A stretch of 64,000 nt of DNA from Squalus acanthias (Eukaryota): contig CM059430.1 in the NCBI GenBank assembly GCA_030390025.1, forward strand, positions 74,028,001 through 74,092,000, read 5' to 3'. Within the stretch, counting starts at the first letter, position 1; every line of letters starts with the position of its first letter. Shown here piece after piece: positions 24,129 through 37,600 of this stretch. Below the pieces are notes generated by a model. It had not been told where the DNA came from. It saw nothing but the letters and a program-made list of their open reading frames with translations, and did not search any database. The position numbers and the translations under genes were made by a program.

Positions 24129-25581
24129 GTCCTGAATTTATAGAACCAACGATGGCGTTCGCACAGCGTATGCTGCCGTAAGTGCTTTGAGTGTCCTGCA
24201 AGCTCCGAGTTTCTGCATGCGATGTGCATTCGTGGAAAGTCGGAACATGCGATCTGTCAAGTTTCTCCTTGACAGATCATATGCATCCACTGTAAGTTCA
24301 CATTTACTGGCGCAGAGTTGGCCTATTGGCCCAACTGCTGCCCAGCGAATACCCACAAAACCCTTACTCCTGGTAAAACCAGGTTTAAGGCCTTCCTTTA
24401 CCAATGTAAAGTTTAAAATAAATGTTAAAATACTTGTTTTAATGATTTAAACATTCACTTACATTTAAAAATAGTTTGGGTTATTTTTGACCGTTTAAAA
24501 TATGTTTATATATATTTTTCAAAAAATTACATTTTTATTTTAAATGTTTATTTCAAGTGTATTTTATTAATTTTGAACCTGTGGTCATTTATTTTTGTTT
24601 CAGTGTTGTTAAATTCTATTTATTCGGTGATTTATATTGGCCCAAAAATTAGTGAGGGAGCCTTCGTGCGGGGGTAAGGCTTCCCCGCGATATCTCACTG
24701 CGCGCAGGCTTTTTCATTCCCAGCTCGCACGAACTTGATTTTCTAGACAGCAGCTGGGCAGTGCTTGCGTATCCCACAGGCGCAGTTAATTCGTGCGAGC
24801 TGTGGGATCACGTGATTCAGTTAGAGCCAATGGCAGCACACCATCTTTCATTTTTCGTTTTCACATCAAGTGCTGTGAAAGCTATGAATCTATACCCCCC
24901 CAAAAGAACAGCTAAACCTCAATTAAATTTAAAAAAAAACCATCACATTAATAAAATAAGTATAGTTAAATAAATTAACCACTTTAAACAAAAAATTAAA
25001 TTTTTGAAAAAATTTAAAATCTTTTAAAAAGATATAAAATTAAACTTACCTTTCTTTAAAGTCTCTAAAAAAGATATACCTGTTGAAAAAAATTCAAAAT
25101 AATACTTAATTAACTACTTACCTTGTTAAAAGAGGGTCTTACGCCTCCTTTCTTTATGTGCAAAATCTTCCATGCTTACCTGCGCGTTCAAAGCACTTAG
25201 GAACCGCCCCCTTTTGAAATCACCAAGTGCCGGTTTTCAGCGCATGCGCAGTGCATGCTGAAAACCGGCAATTGGAGACAGAATACGCGAGAGTGCACAG
25301 TTTGTACTCTCGCGTAGAGGCACTAATTTTTGGGCCATTAAGCTTAATGGAATTCCGTACGTACACGTAATCATCATACGCATAATTTGAATTCCCATTT
25401 GCATTGCTTGGCCTGGCCCACGTGATCCCAGGGACGCTTGCCAACCACGCAGACGTATGCCTGCAGGCCCAGAACAGCCAGAGTCCGAAGCTCCAGTGAC
25501 ACAAGATAAATACGTACTTTACTTGCGGTTCGGAGCCGTACACGGGGGGGGGGGCAAGACTCCAATTGCAATTTCCAGGCC
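24129..25581. mobile_element. Harbinger-like TIR element (outer), interrupted by a second copy
   Basis: Degenerate TIRs GTCCTGAATTT / AATTTCCAGGCC; flanks ATT/AAT; family motif GGCCCACGTGATCCCAGG. Confidence 0.7.
24639..25336. mobile_element. Harbinger-like TIR element (inner, nested)
   Basis: Perfect 16-bp TIR GGCCCAAAAATTAGTG / CACTAATTTTTGGGCC; perfect 3-bp TSD ATT. Confidence 0.9.
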
Positions 25582-28500
25582 AATAATTGTAAAAACTGCA
25601 ATTTCTAAGTCACGCCACTAAAACAACAAAAAAAAAACACAAGCCAGTCAGAAACTGCGGTGAGAAACGATAGTTAATACTTGGGAGTCGGTTCCACTTC
25701 TGCACGCAACAATGACACATCAACATTTTAATATAACCCGGTAAACGGGGAGTGGGTGGGAGGGGAACAATAAAGAAAGTGAGGAACTATTGCTGGAATC
25801 GTAATATATTGCAGTAAATATTCAGCTGTCAGGAAATAGAATGAGCCCTTAAGAAATTAAAGACATTGAACAAAAAATTAACTCGAACAATTGAAGCAGT
25901 AAGAAACATCAGAAGGAGAAAAGCGCGTACACATGAGAATGGGAAATAGAGAAATAGAGAAGATTTAATCCCCTTCTTTAATGGCACAGGCGGAATCACG
26001 GGAAAGAACAGCACGGAATCAGACTGCAACCAAAATCATGGAGAATAATGTAGTGATTCAACATGTCAAACTTGATTGCGAGCTCACAGGGGATGGGAAC
26101 AGCTTTGACAGTTGCAAAGAAGCCAGTTGTGATTTTGACTGACACACAGTGCGTGAGTTCGAAGCTGGAAAGGAGCGTTTCCAATAAAGAATGGTGGAAG
26201 GCAGCAACTCGTTCCAGGACTTGGGAAAAAATGCAATGCCTGGAGACAGGCCAGCAACACAGTAAACTAGACAAGCAACGTTTATAATTTAAAAAATCCC
26301 TGGAATCTTTTCAGCACATCCATGTTTGTCCAATTTAGCTTGTGGTCTTCACCGCTGCGTATACTAGACTTGCTTCCTTTTTTTTAGATTCCGACGTTTT
26401 CTTGGAAGCAGTAAAATTCGGAGCAGCGTAAGTCAGTTTGCTATCAGCGTCTCCATGTTTGATCTGTAGAACAAACAATTGTTTTAATTTAATTTTTAAA
26501 GCAAAAGGAAAATTACGTCAGGTTAATTCTAAGTGTCATCTCAACCAAATTATTCTGATTTGTATGATTGTTGTTTCTACGTGTGAACATTTTTTGTACC
26601 TCTGTATATATTGTACTCGCTTCGTGTTGTTTAGGTTTTGCAGTTTTCTTGGAACCGATCAGATCCAGATCAGCGTACGTCAGCTTATCGTCAGCTGCCC
26701 CTCGTTCTTTCTAGAAAGTCAATGTTTAGCTTTCATTGAGTTACTTTTCCTGGAGTTTCAAGAGTCACGAAGCCTTTACATATAATAAACAATTGCAGTA
26801 GCATAATGTCAGTGGCTTGTTTTTATTTCTGCAGAGGATTAATTTAATTTACAATTTCTTTCATAAATCAACTACTCACTAGTGAACAATATCGAAACTT
26901 CAATTTATTAGAAAAAGCTAAGACTTTAGTAAACTAACGAATCTTAAATTTTAACATTTTGAAAGTTAGTGCAAATTTTTAAAATAATAAAAAGTGAAAT
27001 ATCAGTTTTTAGTTTTTCTTTCTGTCTCTTGTAACTCTCTCACATCATCATCTTTTTCACTCTCTTTATTTCGCTTTCTGTACATGATTTTACACTGAAT
27101 TAAATCTAATTCTTACTTCCTGGTTTATACTTCCTAGTTTAAAGACTGTTTCTGAGAAAGGATTCTTCAAACTGATTGGTTGAAGAGCCACGCTGTTGTA
27201 TGCTCAGGTCGCACACGGCAGAGATCCGGGGCGCCATGTAGGATCAGAACTCTAATTACAACAAGTTACTGCTCAAAAGAACGCAACAAGTCTGTGGGTA
27301 GCTATCAGAGTATTGAACGGCGAGTGCCTTTCCTCCACCGCTGACCGAATGATCCGGGCCGTTGAACTTCTGAAGGACTGAGTCTCCACCCTTGTAAAAG
27401 TAAATGTTCAATACCAGAGTGGTTGTTTGGCAATGAATCACGGCGTAATAAAATCACTTACACCTGAATGCGACAGCGCTAACATTTTCAGTTCTGTTTC
27501 GCGCCTAACTTGTGGGTTTTAATGCTACTTCACACTTTGATTTCAATGCAGAATGTTTCGATGAGATACAGGAGCAGGAAAATCGGACCACAACTGCCGT
27601 ATTTTCGTGTTTAACTGTGAATGTGCGAACTCCAGAATTTGCTGTCTGATTTACTCCATAATAAAGCTGAGCGCTGATAATTTCAGCGTTATTCTTGACA
27701 CAGAATCCGGGTTCATAATTTGCCACTCAAAAGCCTCCATATAGTCTATGGGCAGCGCCATTCCTTCCTTGCTGAAACTAAAATCCTGAAAAATAAGTCA
27801 ATTAGAGTGATGAATCAATCTTACGTAGATAATCACGTAAATAAATATGGCCCCCAACAAAATAGGAAGGTAATTGTTTGGATTGGCAGCTGCAAGCTAA
27901 TTTTTGCGTCAGCGAAGTGTGGGAGGGCAGAGGAATATGTAAATGCATTTGCATAGAGGCGACGAGTTACTGTGTATGCCCCAAAGTGCTCCAATGGAAA
28001 TTACTTATTTCTATAACATAGATGCTGCTTTTATTTAGGCAAATGTGGAATCTAATTCGTGCAGAGAATGGTCGCGCAAATAACAATGAAATAAGTAACA
28101 AGTGTTGTTGGTATTGGCTAAAGAACCAATGATGGCTGCAACACATGAGCACAGGTACATAGGGACATGAGTAGGCCATTTAGCCCCTCGAGCCTGTTCC
28201 GCCATTCAGTGAGATATTGGTTGATCAGCTACCTAACTCCATATACCCGCCTTTTCCTAAAGAACTCCCCTGCTCTTTGTGAAATCTTGCCGTGGGATCT
28301 TTTATGTGCACTTTATCAAGCACATGAAGACTTGATTTTTCGTCTCATCTAAAACACGGCACCTGGTACAATGCAACACTCCATGGGGAATCCACGTGAA
28401 CATCAGTCTACATTATACGATCAGCAGCTGCAGTGGGGCTTCAACAAATGGCTTCCTGGATCGACTTAAGAGTGCGATAAAGAAGTAAATAACTTAGAGA

Positions 28501-28699
28501 TGAATTAGCTGCAAGATGTATGTAAACAAGATCTATGCTATTGTTTCCTGGTTTCTGTCAAATTACAGTGGGAGGCCTTGCATTTGCTTAATGATTGCGT
28601 GCGGAGACATGCGTAATCTGGGCACAAACCGATTATGCGGTTTTAAAGATTGATGAAATTTGGATGTTATTGCGTTGCACACGTTCCGTCGAGTTCTAT

Positions 28700-30330
28700 C
28701 GAAAGTACAACACGGAATCAAGTCATTCGACCGAACTGGGCGAAGTCAGCGTTTATGCTCTACATGAATCTCCTCCCACCCTACATCATCGAACCCAATC
28801 AGCATATCCTTCTACTACTTTCACCCGTATGTGCTTATCTAGCGTCCCCTTTGAAGCATCTATGCTATTTGCCTTAACTACTCCTTGTGGTAGCACATTC
28901 CACATTTTTAGCACTCTTTGGATAAATAAGTTTCTTCTAACATTGCTATTGGATTGTTTAGTGAATATCTTATATTTATGAACCAATGATATGGACTCCC
29001 CACAAGTGGAAACATATTCTCTACGACTAACCAAGCAAACCATTTAATTATCTTAAATACCTCTACCAGTTCATCCCTCAGCCTTATTTCTTGTGGAGGA
29101 AAGCGCTCCAGCCTGTTCTGCCTTTCCTGATAAGTGTATCCTCTCAATTCTGGTACCATTCGTGTGAATCACTTTTTCACTTCACCAGTGCCTCTATATA
29201 TTTTTTATAATATGGAGACCAGAACTGTGCACAGTACTGCAAATGTGGTCTAACCAAGGTTCGATACAAGTTTAACATAACTTCACTGCTTTTTAGTTCT
29301 ATTGTCTGGTAATGAATCCCAATCTTGGTTTGTTTTCATATGGCCTGATTAATATGTATGGCTACTTTTAGTGATTTGTGTATTTGTATCCCCAGATTAC
29401 TTGGCCCCTCTACTCCATTCAAACTCTTATTATCCTAGCTGTATGTGGAATACCTATTGTTCCGAACAAAATGTACCACCTCACACTTATCTAAATTGAA
29501 TTTCATCTGAAAATTACATGCGTATTCTGTAAGCTTATTAATATCTTCCTGTATTTTGTCATATTATTCCTATGTTTGAACTGCACCTCCCAATGTCGTG
29601 TCGCCCGCAAATTTAAACTTACACTTATGATTTCTGAGTCAAAATTATTAATGTAAATAGTGAACAACATTTGTCGCAGCAGCAATGCCTGTGGAACACC
29701 ACTTCCCACCATTTGCAAGTCTGAGTAGCTAACATTAAACCCTACTCTCTGCTTTCTGTTTTGTAGCCAGCTTGCTATCGATTGTGCTGCCTGTCCTCTG
29801 ACTCAACTTGCTCTTACCTTAGTCATGAGTTTACTATGCGGTACTGTATCGAAGGCCTTTTGAAAATCCAAATATATTATATCTACTGCATTACACTTGT
29901 CTATGCTTCCTGTTACTGCTTCAAATATTCAATAAGTTTGATCATGCAGAATCCTCCCATTTGAACTCTACTCTGTTATATTTTAGGTTTCAATATGTTT
30001 ATCTATGATAGCTTTGAGAAAATATGCGGCTCTCTTTCCTACCACTGGCGTTAAGCTAACTGGTCCATAATTCATGGGCATTATTCTATTTCCATTATTT
30101 AGTATAGGAATAACATTAGCTCTCCACCAGTCGCCTGGCAGTATTCCCTGTTCTAATGCATTGTTATATATAAGTAATAGTTTACCTAACTTATTATAAT
30201 ATGCATGGATGCAATACATCTGGACCAGGATATTTATCCTCTCTTAAGTTTGATTAGTTTATCAATTATCCCCCTTTCTATCTTAAATATCTTTGTATCA
30301 TTTTTGTATTTGATACAATATGCCCAACTC
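28700..30330 (-). mobile_element. CR1-type LINE fragment, degraded
   Basis: WWRANVIPIL..NYGPVSLT, GSGVPQALL, FIQRVLKMWNVLP. Confidence 0.85.
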
Positions 30331-31112
30331 TCCTCGATCTTTTACGACTGTCCATTGACCCCTAAACCTAAATGTATCTCCGAAAATAATAGTGGTCTCA
30401 ATATTATTAAGACTGATGCAATATTTCCATGCAATTGCGCTTGCTCAGTGGTTCTCCTAATATTGCGATCAGATTTTTAACACACCCGGAAAAATTTCAT
30501 TTTTTATGGTGTTTCCTCGTAATATTATAACTTTTTTGCAAATTTTCCTCACTGAGACCTGCACCTTGTTTTCTGTTTCTATTACTGCATTTATTTGGTA
30601 TAGGTATAAATTATGTTAAAAAATGAAGTGCACCCATTGTAGGTGCTTAGCCATGTTGCCTAATATTCATGGAAATTGTTTGGAACATTAATTCGCAAGG
30701 GATATGGGGAGAAAGCAGGGACAGGGTACTGAATTTGGATGATCAGCCATGAACTCATTAAATGGCGGAGCAGGCTCGAAGGGCCGAAATGCCTACTCCT
30801 GCTCCTATCTTCTATGTTTCTATTGAAGAAGGAGTATAAGACGTGAGATCGTTGATTTCAGTATGCCCCGATTGTTTAGGCTGCTGTATTCCCATTTTAC
30901 GGTCTTCAATATTCTAATGAGATTGGCATTACATTTGATCGTCAAAATAACGGCGGAACGGGCCCGAGAATGGATCAATTTTCAGGTCTAACTTCCGTGT
31001 TGCGCATTTGGAAGGACATTTCTGGCCTTCAGCTCATGTAATGTGTAAAGATTTTATAATATAGGTGTATGGATGGGAAATTGGTAACTGTCGCAGTGCT
31101 AAACACATTTAT

Positions 31113-31391
31113 GGCCCTGATTTTGCGCTAAAAAATAAAGGTGATTCTATCAGCACACAGCGCAATTAAAGAGTAAATCGGACAGCAACTATCGGCCAGC
31201 GGCTAATCAGAAAGTTGCTGTCCGAGTTGTAGTACTCCGACAGACACTGTGTTATATCTCGCCGAAAGACTCATGGGAGGACACTTATATGGGTATTTAC
31301 GCCAGAAAAAAGTTATGGCTTACCCATTCCAAGCGTAATTGTAACGAAGGGATCTTGCGTTTTGTTCGCAACTGACCGCAAAATCCGGTCC
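31113..31391. mobile_element. Short MITE (279 bp)
   Basis: TIRs GGCCCTGATTTTGCG / CGCAAAATCCGGTCC; flanks TAT/AAT. Confidence 0.65.
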
Positions 31392-31413
31392 AATCGTTAG
31401 ATTCCTGCATATT

Positions 31414-32192
31414 GGGCCGAAATTTGCGATCGGAGGCGTTCCTCCTGAGTACTCTACCAACCCGAAAAAATACGCATGTGCCTGCTGGCTACCGAGCTTC
31501 GGAGTCTTCGGGTCCTGCGCCTGAAGGCACACGCCTGTGTAAAGGCGCACGAATCCCAGGGACGCAGGCGGTTTGGAAGCATCCCTGAGATCACGAAGGC
31601 CAAATCAACCAATTAGAAAGGGGGATTCCTCATAAGCTTATGGGGACTCCATTTGCGAACGCAATCCGCAAAAGCTTATTCGAAATCTCAAAATAAAAAA
31701 AATAATTAACATTACTCCAATAAAAATAAATATTCCCTTGTTCAAAATTAATTAAAAGACCCTTTAATTAAGCATTTAAAATGAACATTTTATTTCTTGA
31801 AAAATAATTGAAACATTTTAACACGGGCAAAAATTTACATAAAATAATATTAAATATTTAGTATGTTTTAATCATTTTTAAAATGTTAATTTAGCTTTTA
31901 TTTCAATCCTTACGCGGTTAAAAGCAAGACTTACCCATGCTTTTATCAGGCATAAGGGTATCGTGGGCATTTACTTCGCAGTAGTTGGGCAGATAGCCCA
32001 AATCTGAGCCAGGAAAAGTGCTTTTTGGGCACTTGTGGACGGTTGGTCAAGGTGAACCTTGATAAATTCCAAGTTCTAGGTTATCATGCACGCGCAGTGC
32101 ATGAGGAAACAGGGAAATCGCGAGGCCATTCTGAGGGCTTAAAATGGCATATCCTGTGTGTACGCCGTCATCGGCCCTGTAAAATCTGGGCC
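31414..32192. mobile_element. Harbinger-like TIR element
   Basis: GGGCCGAAATTTGC / GTAAAATCTGGGCC; flanks ATT/GTT; same internal layout as 46160-46907 and 51422-52039. Confidence 0.75.
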
Positions 32193-32504
32193 GTTATATG
32201 ATGTGAAAAAGCTTCTTGGTCTATACTTTACCTGCACTTTCCAAAATCCTATGCATCAGAAGCTAGGAGGAATGCTTAGATGGACATGCACCAGATCACA
32301 ATATACAATGCACACAAAGGACGGGTCTCATTGATAGGGAGCATTGGTGAACCACTTGTATAAATAGTTATAGATTCAGAAGTCCAAGGGAATGCAGCGC
32401 TCGCTTAGAAGAGAGACCTATGACCCTGGGCTGAGCAAATATCTAATGCTAACCCAATTTTTGTACGAAAAAATGTAAAAAGAGATCAAATTTTTCGTAA
32501 AAAT

Positions 32505-33740
32505 ACATAGGTTTAAACAGGATATACAGCACATAAACAGGCCATTCGGCACAACCAGTCCATGCCGGCGTTTATGCTCCACTCGAACCTCCACCCGTCT
32601 TTCCTCATCTAAATCTTTCAGCATTACCCTCTATTCCCTTCTCCCTCATATGCTTATCCAGCCTCCTCTTAAATGCATCTAAACTATTCGATTCAACTAC
32701 ACCATGTTGTAGCGACTTCTATATTCTCACCGCTCTCTGGGTAAAGCAATTGCTTCTGAATTCCCTGTATGATTTCTTGGTGGATACCTTAAATTGATAG
32801 CCTCTAGTCTTGCTCTTTTCCACAAGTGAAAACACTCTCTCTCTGTATCTACTCTATCAAAACCTTTCATAATGTTAAATACTTCTATTAGGTCACCCTT
32901 CATTCTTCCCATTTCAAGAGAAAAGAGACCTAGCCTATTCATCCTTTCCTGATATGTATACACCCGTATTTCTGGAATCATCCTTGTAAATCATGTTTGC
33001 ACACTCTCCAGTGCGTCTATATTCTTTTCATAATATGGCGATCAGAATTTTACGCAGTATTCGAATTGTGATCTAACCAAGGTTCAATGCAAGTTTAGCA
33101 TAATGTCTGTACTTTTCAATTCAATCCCTCTAGAAATAAAGCCTTGTGTTTGTTTTTCTTTCCATGGCCTTGTTAATCTGTTTCGCTACTTTCAACGATT
33201 TGTGCATTTTTGCTCATGGATCCCTTTACTCTTCTACCCAAATTAGATAAGTGTTTTCCAAGTAATATGTGACCTGCCTAAGTTTCTTACCAAAATGTCA
33301 TACCTCACAATTATCTCTGTTGAATTTAACTTGACAATTATATACGCATTCATCAAGTTTATTAATATCTTCGTGTAATTTGTTGCAGTCCTTATCAGTA
33401 TTGACTATCCCCTCCCAGCCCCTCCACCCCCACTCCTCCACCCCCTACAATTAGGTGCCATCTGTAAATTTACAAATTGTCTTATTGATTCCAAAATCTA
33501 AATCGTTACTATAAATTGTGTAAAACAGTGGTCCCAGCACTGATCCTTGTGGACAACACGCCCCACCTTCTGCCACGCTGAATAGCTACCATTTACGCCT
33601 ACTCTATTCTTTAAATCTCGAAGCCAGCTAGTTATCCATTCTGCTAATTGTCCCCTGACTCCAAATTATCTGACCTTTTTATTAGTCTATTATGAATTAC
33701 CTTGTCGAAGGCCTTTTGAAAATCTAGTTAAATTACACAT
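32505..33740 (-). mobile_element. CR1-type LINE 3' fragment
   Basis: MIPEIRVYTYQERMNRLGLFSLE..MKGDLIEVFNIMKGFD; DFQKAFD-encoding segment near 33700-33725. Confidence 0.85.
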
Positions 33741-34627
33741 ATAATTGCAGAGATATTTTTGCAAGTCTTGTCACCCTATTCGAGGACCAGGATTAATAAT
33801 CCTAATCAGATTATTCCAAATGATAGTTAGAAAATTTGAATTCAATTTTTAAAATCTGGAAATATAATATTTACTTTCAGTAGCAGTGTCCATTCACCTT
33901 TTGGATTAACGTAAAATTACAGCTGATTCAATAATATCCTTAAGGGAATCTGTACTCTTGCACCAAAACTACTTTTTGCAGCTTCCATGCATCACAGCTT
34001 GTTGAGTTATGAGCGAAAACAACGTTTAAATATAATAGTGATTTGAGGTCACCAGCTTGTAAAAAATAACCACAGATTGTTTGAACAGAACATATCATTT
34101 CGGTTCGGTCAACTGGAGATGCCGGGTTAGGTCATCCGGCAGCATTGACGGGGTGGAATTGCTTTGAGCTGCTTAGAACGGCAGGTTTCCAATAATGTAC
34201 TAATTAGGCAGGTGGAAATCTTCTATGGAGATCTGATAGTTCCTTGGTGCCATTTGATACACAAGGATCAATTTTGGACGTTTAATTCACAGTTCTATTT
34301 CCTTGTTAGCAAAAAGGAACGAGCAACGTTGTGCGACCTCTTCAATACTATAATTGGTCCTTTCAAATATCATGTCATTTTTTATAAGATGGATTAAAAT
34401 GAATAATATAACTGTCTATTAAAATCGGTGCGAGAGTTTCTTAACGCTTCTGTCATTATTCTATTTTTCCATCTTCATAGAATACGATGTATGTTGCAGA
34501 GAACAGGTAAGGACCATGAATAACTCCAAGCCGTAAGGATTCATGTGGGCGGTTTATTTGAGCGCAAAAACTGAATAGTTTAGTTGAAATTTGAAAGAAA
34601 ATAGAGGGAAAAATATGATGACCTTAC

Positions 34628-34671
34628 CCGATCTTCATGCTGAGAAGTATTTACTGAATTTCTCTTTGCAC
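34628..34671 (-). CDS. Cytoplasmic exon 2 (GAKRNSVNTSQHEDR)
   Basis: Acceptor TTTATTTCCCACCAG, donor CGG/GTAAGG; 44 nt, phase 1 to 0. Confidence 0.65.
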
Positions 34672-37600
34672 CTGGTGGGAAATAAATTTGAAATTAATCG
34701 CCAAGAACGGAGTAATATTTCCGCTGCACGTCAGAACAGCTAAATCAACTGTAATTAGGTTAGTTCACGGGTTGTAATAGGAGTACAAGTATCACGATAT
34801 AACTTCAATTTTTTTAAATAAGAGCGCTCCCCGATTGTAACTGTGTTCTGTCCCTTGTGATGAAGTTGTGCAAGCTTCATTATACCCCCAAAAAATTACT
34901 GCTACAGATCAGCATCTACACCAAAACGGTTTAGGAATTCCCAGATACGAGCCTGCTATAGTCATGTCATGATCTAATCTTTAGTTCAAGCAATCAGATA
35001 CGGAGATGTATGTTTGAAGAATTTTTACAGTAGCCCGTCAGTAATATTGTACCATTCAGATCCTCCGCTTGTAATGATGACTGTAATCTGCCCTTTCGTT
35101 CCCTACCTGCAGGGAAGTATTTGTTACAGTATCAATTATAAAATTAATTTCTAATTTTAAAATGTTTTAAAATCTGCTGTTAGAAAGACTGTGATCAACA
35201 CAGGCGAAACGGTTCGTACCTTTAGATGTAACTAATTGGTGTCCTGTCACAATCGAAATGATCAACAGCAGAATTACCACCGCACCCACGGCACATCCAG
35301 CGAACAGAGGAATATTGATCGTGGACTCAAAATCTATGAGATTGATAGCAAATCAAAATCAGAAACTGTGGAATGTAAAAAGCATATTCACACTTTTCAA
35401 CGTCAAAGCATATTTTGCCAATATACTCCAATGAGAATACAATAATACAGTACAATAAGTCTCAGCACGTCCATTTTGTTATTTCCATATTCAGCTGATT
35501 TGTATGATATCAGAAACGGAGAGTTTGAAACACCTCGTAGTTTGGATAATTAGCAGCAATGCGAAATATGGAGAAAAAACACATCAAATGTTCCTCTTCT
35601 AATTGATTGGAATAAAGGACAATGGGAAAAGACTCAATCTGGTCGCGACGTGTGGGAAAAAATCATTTTGGATGTTTTATCTGATCAATATATAGGAAAA
35701 ATGCTTAAATACATTATAATGGAACGTGTTTACAAATTTATTGGAGGTGCCCTTCGGAGCACTTCAAAACGAAGACTCTCTCCTTCTTTCCATAAGAAGG
35801 AGGCAAGCAATTATTATTTGGTACAGTGTCGGGGGAGTCGCACTGTGCATTTGATGATGCCGGGACAGATATTGGATTGCTTCATGGCTGCGGGAGTGTG
35901 TAAATGCTAAATTCCCCCTCTCCATTCCTCCAGTCCTCACTAACTTTACCAGTCCCTGCAATGCATTGTGCGATTTCTGGCATCAATCCCTCACAGTGCC
36001 TTCTCTGCGTGCATTTCCAATGCTTTGGCTGTTAAGCTGATTTATGATAACTAAGCTGAGTTCTGCTGTCCACTGTCAGCGAGGTTGCTTATGTCTAATT
36101 TCATTCTGATCAGATCCTAATAGCCAACAGAAAGGCAGTCTTCACCCAATCAATGGAAGCTGGAGTAAAACCAGACTTCGGAGCTGACTGAATGATATGC
36201 AAACAACTGCAGTATACATTTCCCGAAATTCCTTGCATTAACCCATTATCTGCGATGGAAAGTCGATTATAGCAAGAAAAACACAGAGATCGACAAATAT
36301 GTTACGTGTGCTACAACATTACCTTTGTTAGCAAAGGTGTAGCTGGCATTTGCGGGAATTGAGTTTGAAACGTGATATACTTTACAGGTATAAACTGTGC
36401 CCCGCTCAATTGGTTTTGTCTCTTCTAAGGAGCTGATAACTTCATATAGACCCTCTGGCTTTGGCTGTTGTTCAGTTAGAAATCCTGCCGCAATTTCGGT
36501 ACCGTTTTTTTGCCAGCTGATGTTAAAATCCATCGGATAAAACGCAGCCGATCTGCACTGGAGTCTCAGAAAAGCAGATGAAGTCCCTTCGGATGGCATG
36601 GGGACAATATTCAGCGGAGCCGGTACAGCTAAATGAAAATAGCAACAACAGATAGAGCAAAACATTTGACATGTATACTACCTGCTCATTCTTTTTAAAA
36701 AGATAACCACCACCTGTGTTCATGCATCGTAGCTGTATCGATAGTTATTAATGACACTGACTGGAGCCGAATTTAACAGGTTCTTCACTATATCCAGAGA
36801 CATTATTTCCAGAGTTTCCTGCCCTACAGTATTGACGTATCACTGTTATATTGAACGCAATTATTTTAAACATCGGGCCTCTTTTTTTATTGATATCAAT
36901 GTGTCAGTACAATGTTAGAGAAGCAAGGGTCTAGTGAGAAGGAGGAATTAAAGGAAATTAGTATTAGTAAAAAAATAGTGTTGGATAAATTAATGGAACT
37001 GAAAGCCGATACATTCCCAGGGCCTGACAATCTGCATCCCAGAGTACTAAAAGTGGTAGCCATGGAAATAGTGGATGCATTGATTGTCATCTTCCAAAAT
37101 TCTATAGATTATGGAACAGTTCCTGCAGATTGGAGGGTGGCAAATGTAACACCACTCTTAAAAAAATGAGGGAGAGAGAAAACAGGGAACTAGAGTATGG
37201 TTAGCCGAACATCAGTAGCAGGGCAAATGCGAGAGTCTATGAAAAAGGATGTGATAACTGGACACTTAGAAATTATCAATTCGATTAGACAGAGTAAACA
37301 TGGATTTATGAAAGAGAAATCATATTTCAAAAACCTACTGGAGCTTTTTGAGGAATGTTTGGTGGAATAGATAAGGGAGAACCAGTGGATGTGGTGTATT
37401 TGGATTTTCAGAAGGCCATTGATAAAGTCCCACAATAGAGGTTAGTGTGCAAAATTAAAGCACATGCGATTCGGGGTAATATACAGGCATGGATTGAAAA
37501 TTGGTTAACAGATAGGAAAGAGGGAGTAGGAATAAATGGGTCTGCTTCGGGGTGGCAGCCGGTGAATAGTGGGGTACTACAGGGATCAGTGCTTCGGCTC

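Noticed and set aside
32292-32309. Minus-strand ITIM-like IVYCDL downstream of the last exon
   Set aside because: In-frame stop 7 codons upstream; no good phase-0 acceptor.
34481-34506. Plus-strand 26-nt microexon with strong acceptor and donor
   Set aside because: Antisense to the gene, with no partner exons found; chance is plausible.
34541-34570. Terminal exon FLRSNKPPT* directly after exon 34628
   Set aside because: Requires a 57-nt intron, below the usual vertebrate minimum.
35992-35998. RSS heptamer CACAGTG near the C1 exon (also at about 2103, 26144, 42291, 49621, 54018)
   Set aside because: No ACAAAAACC-like nonamer at 12 or 23 bp, and none abuts the V exon.
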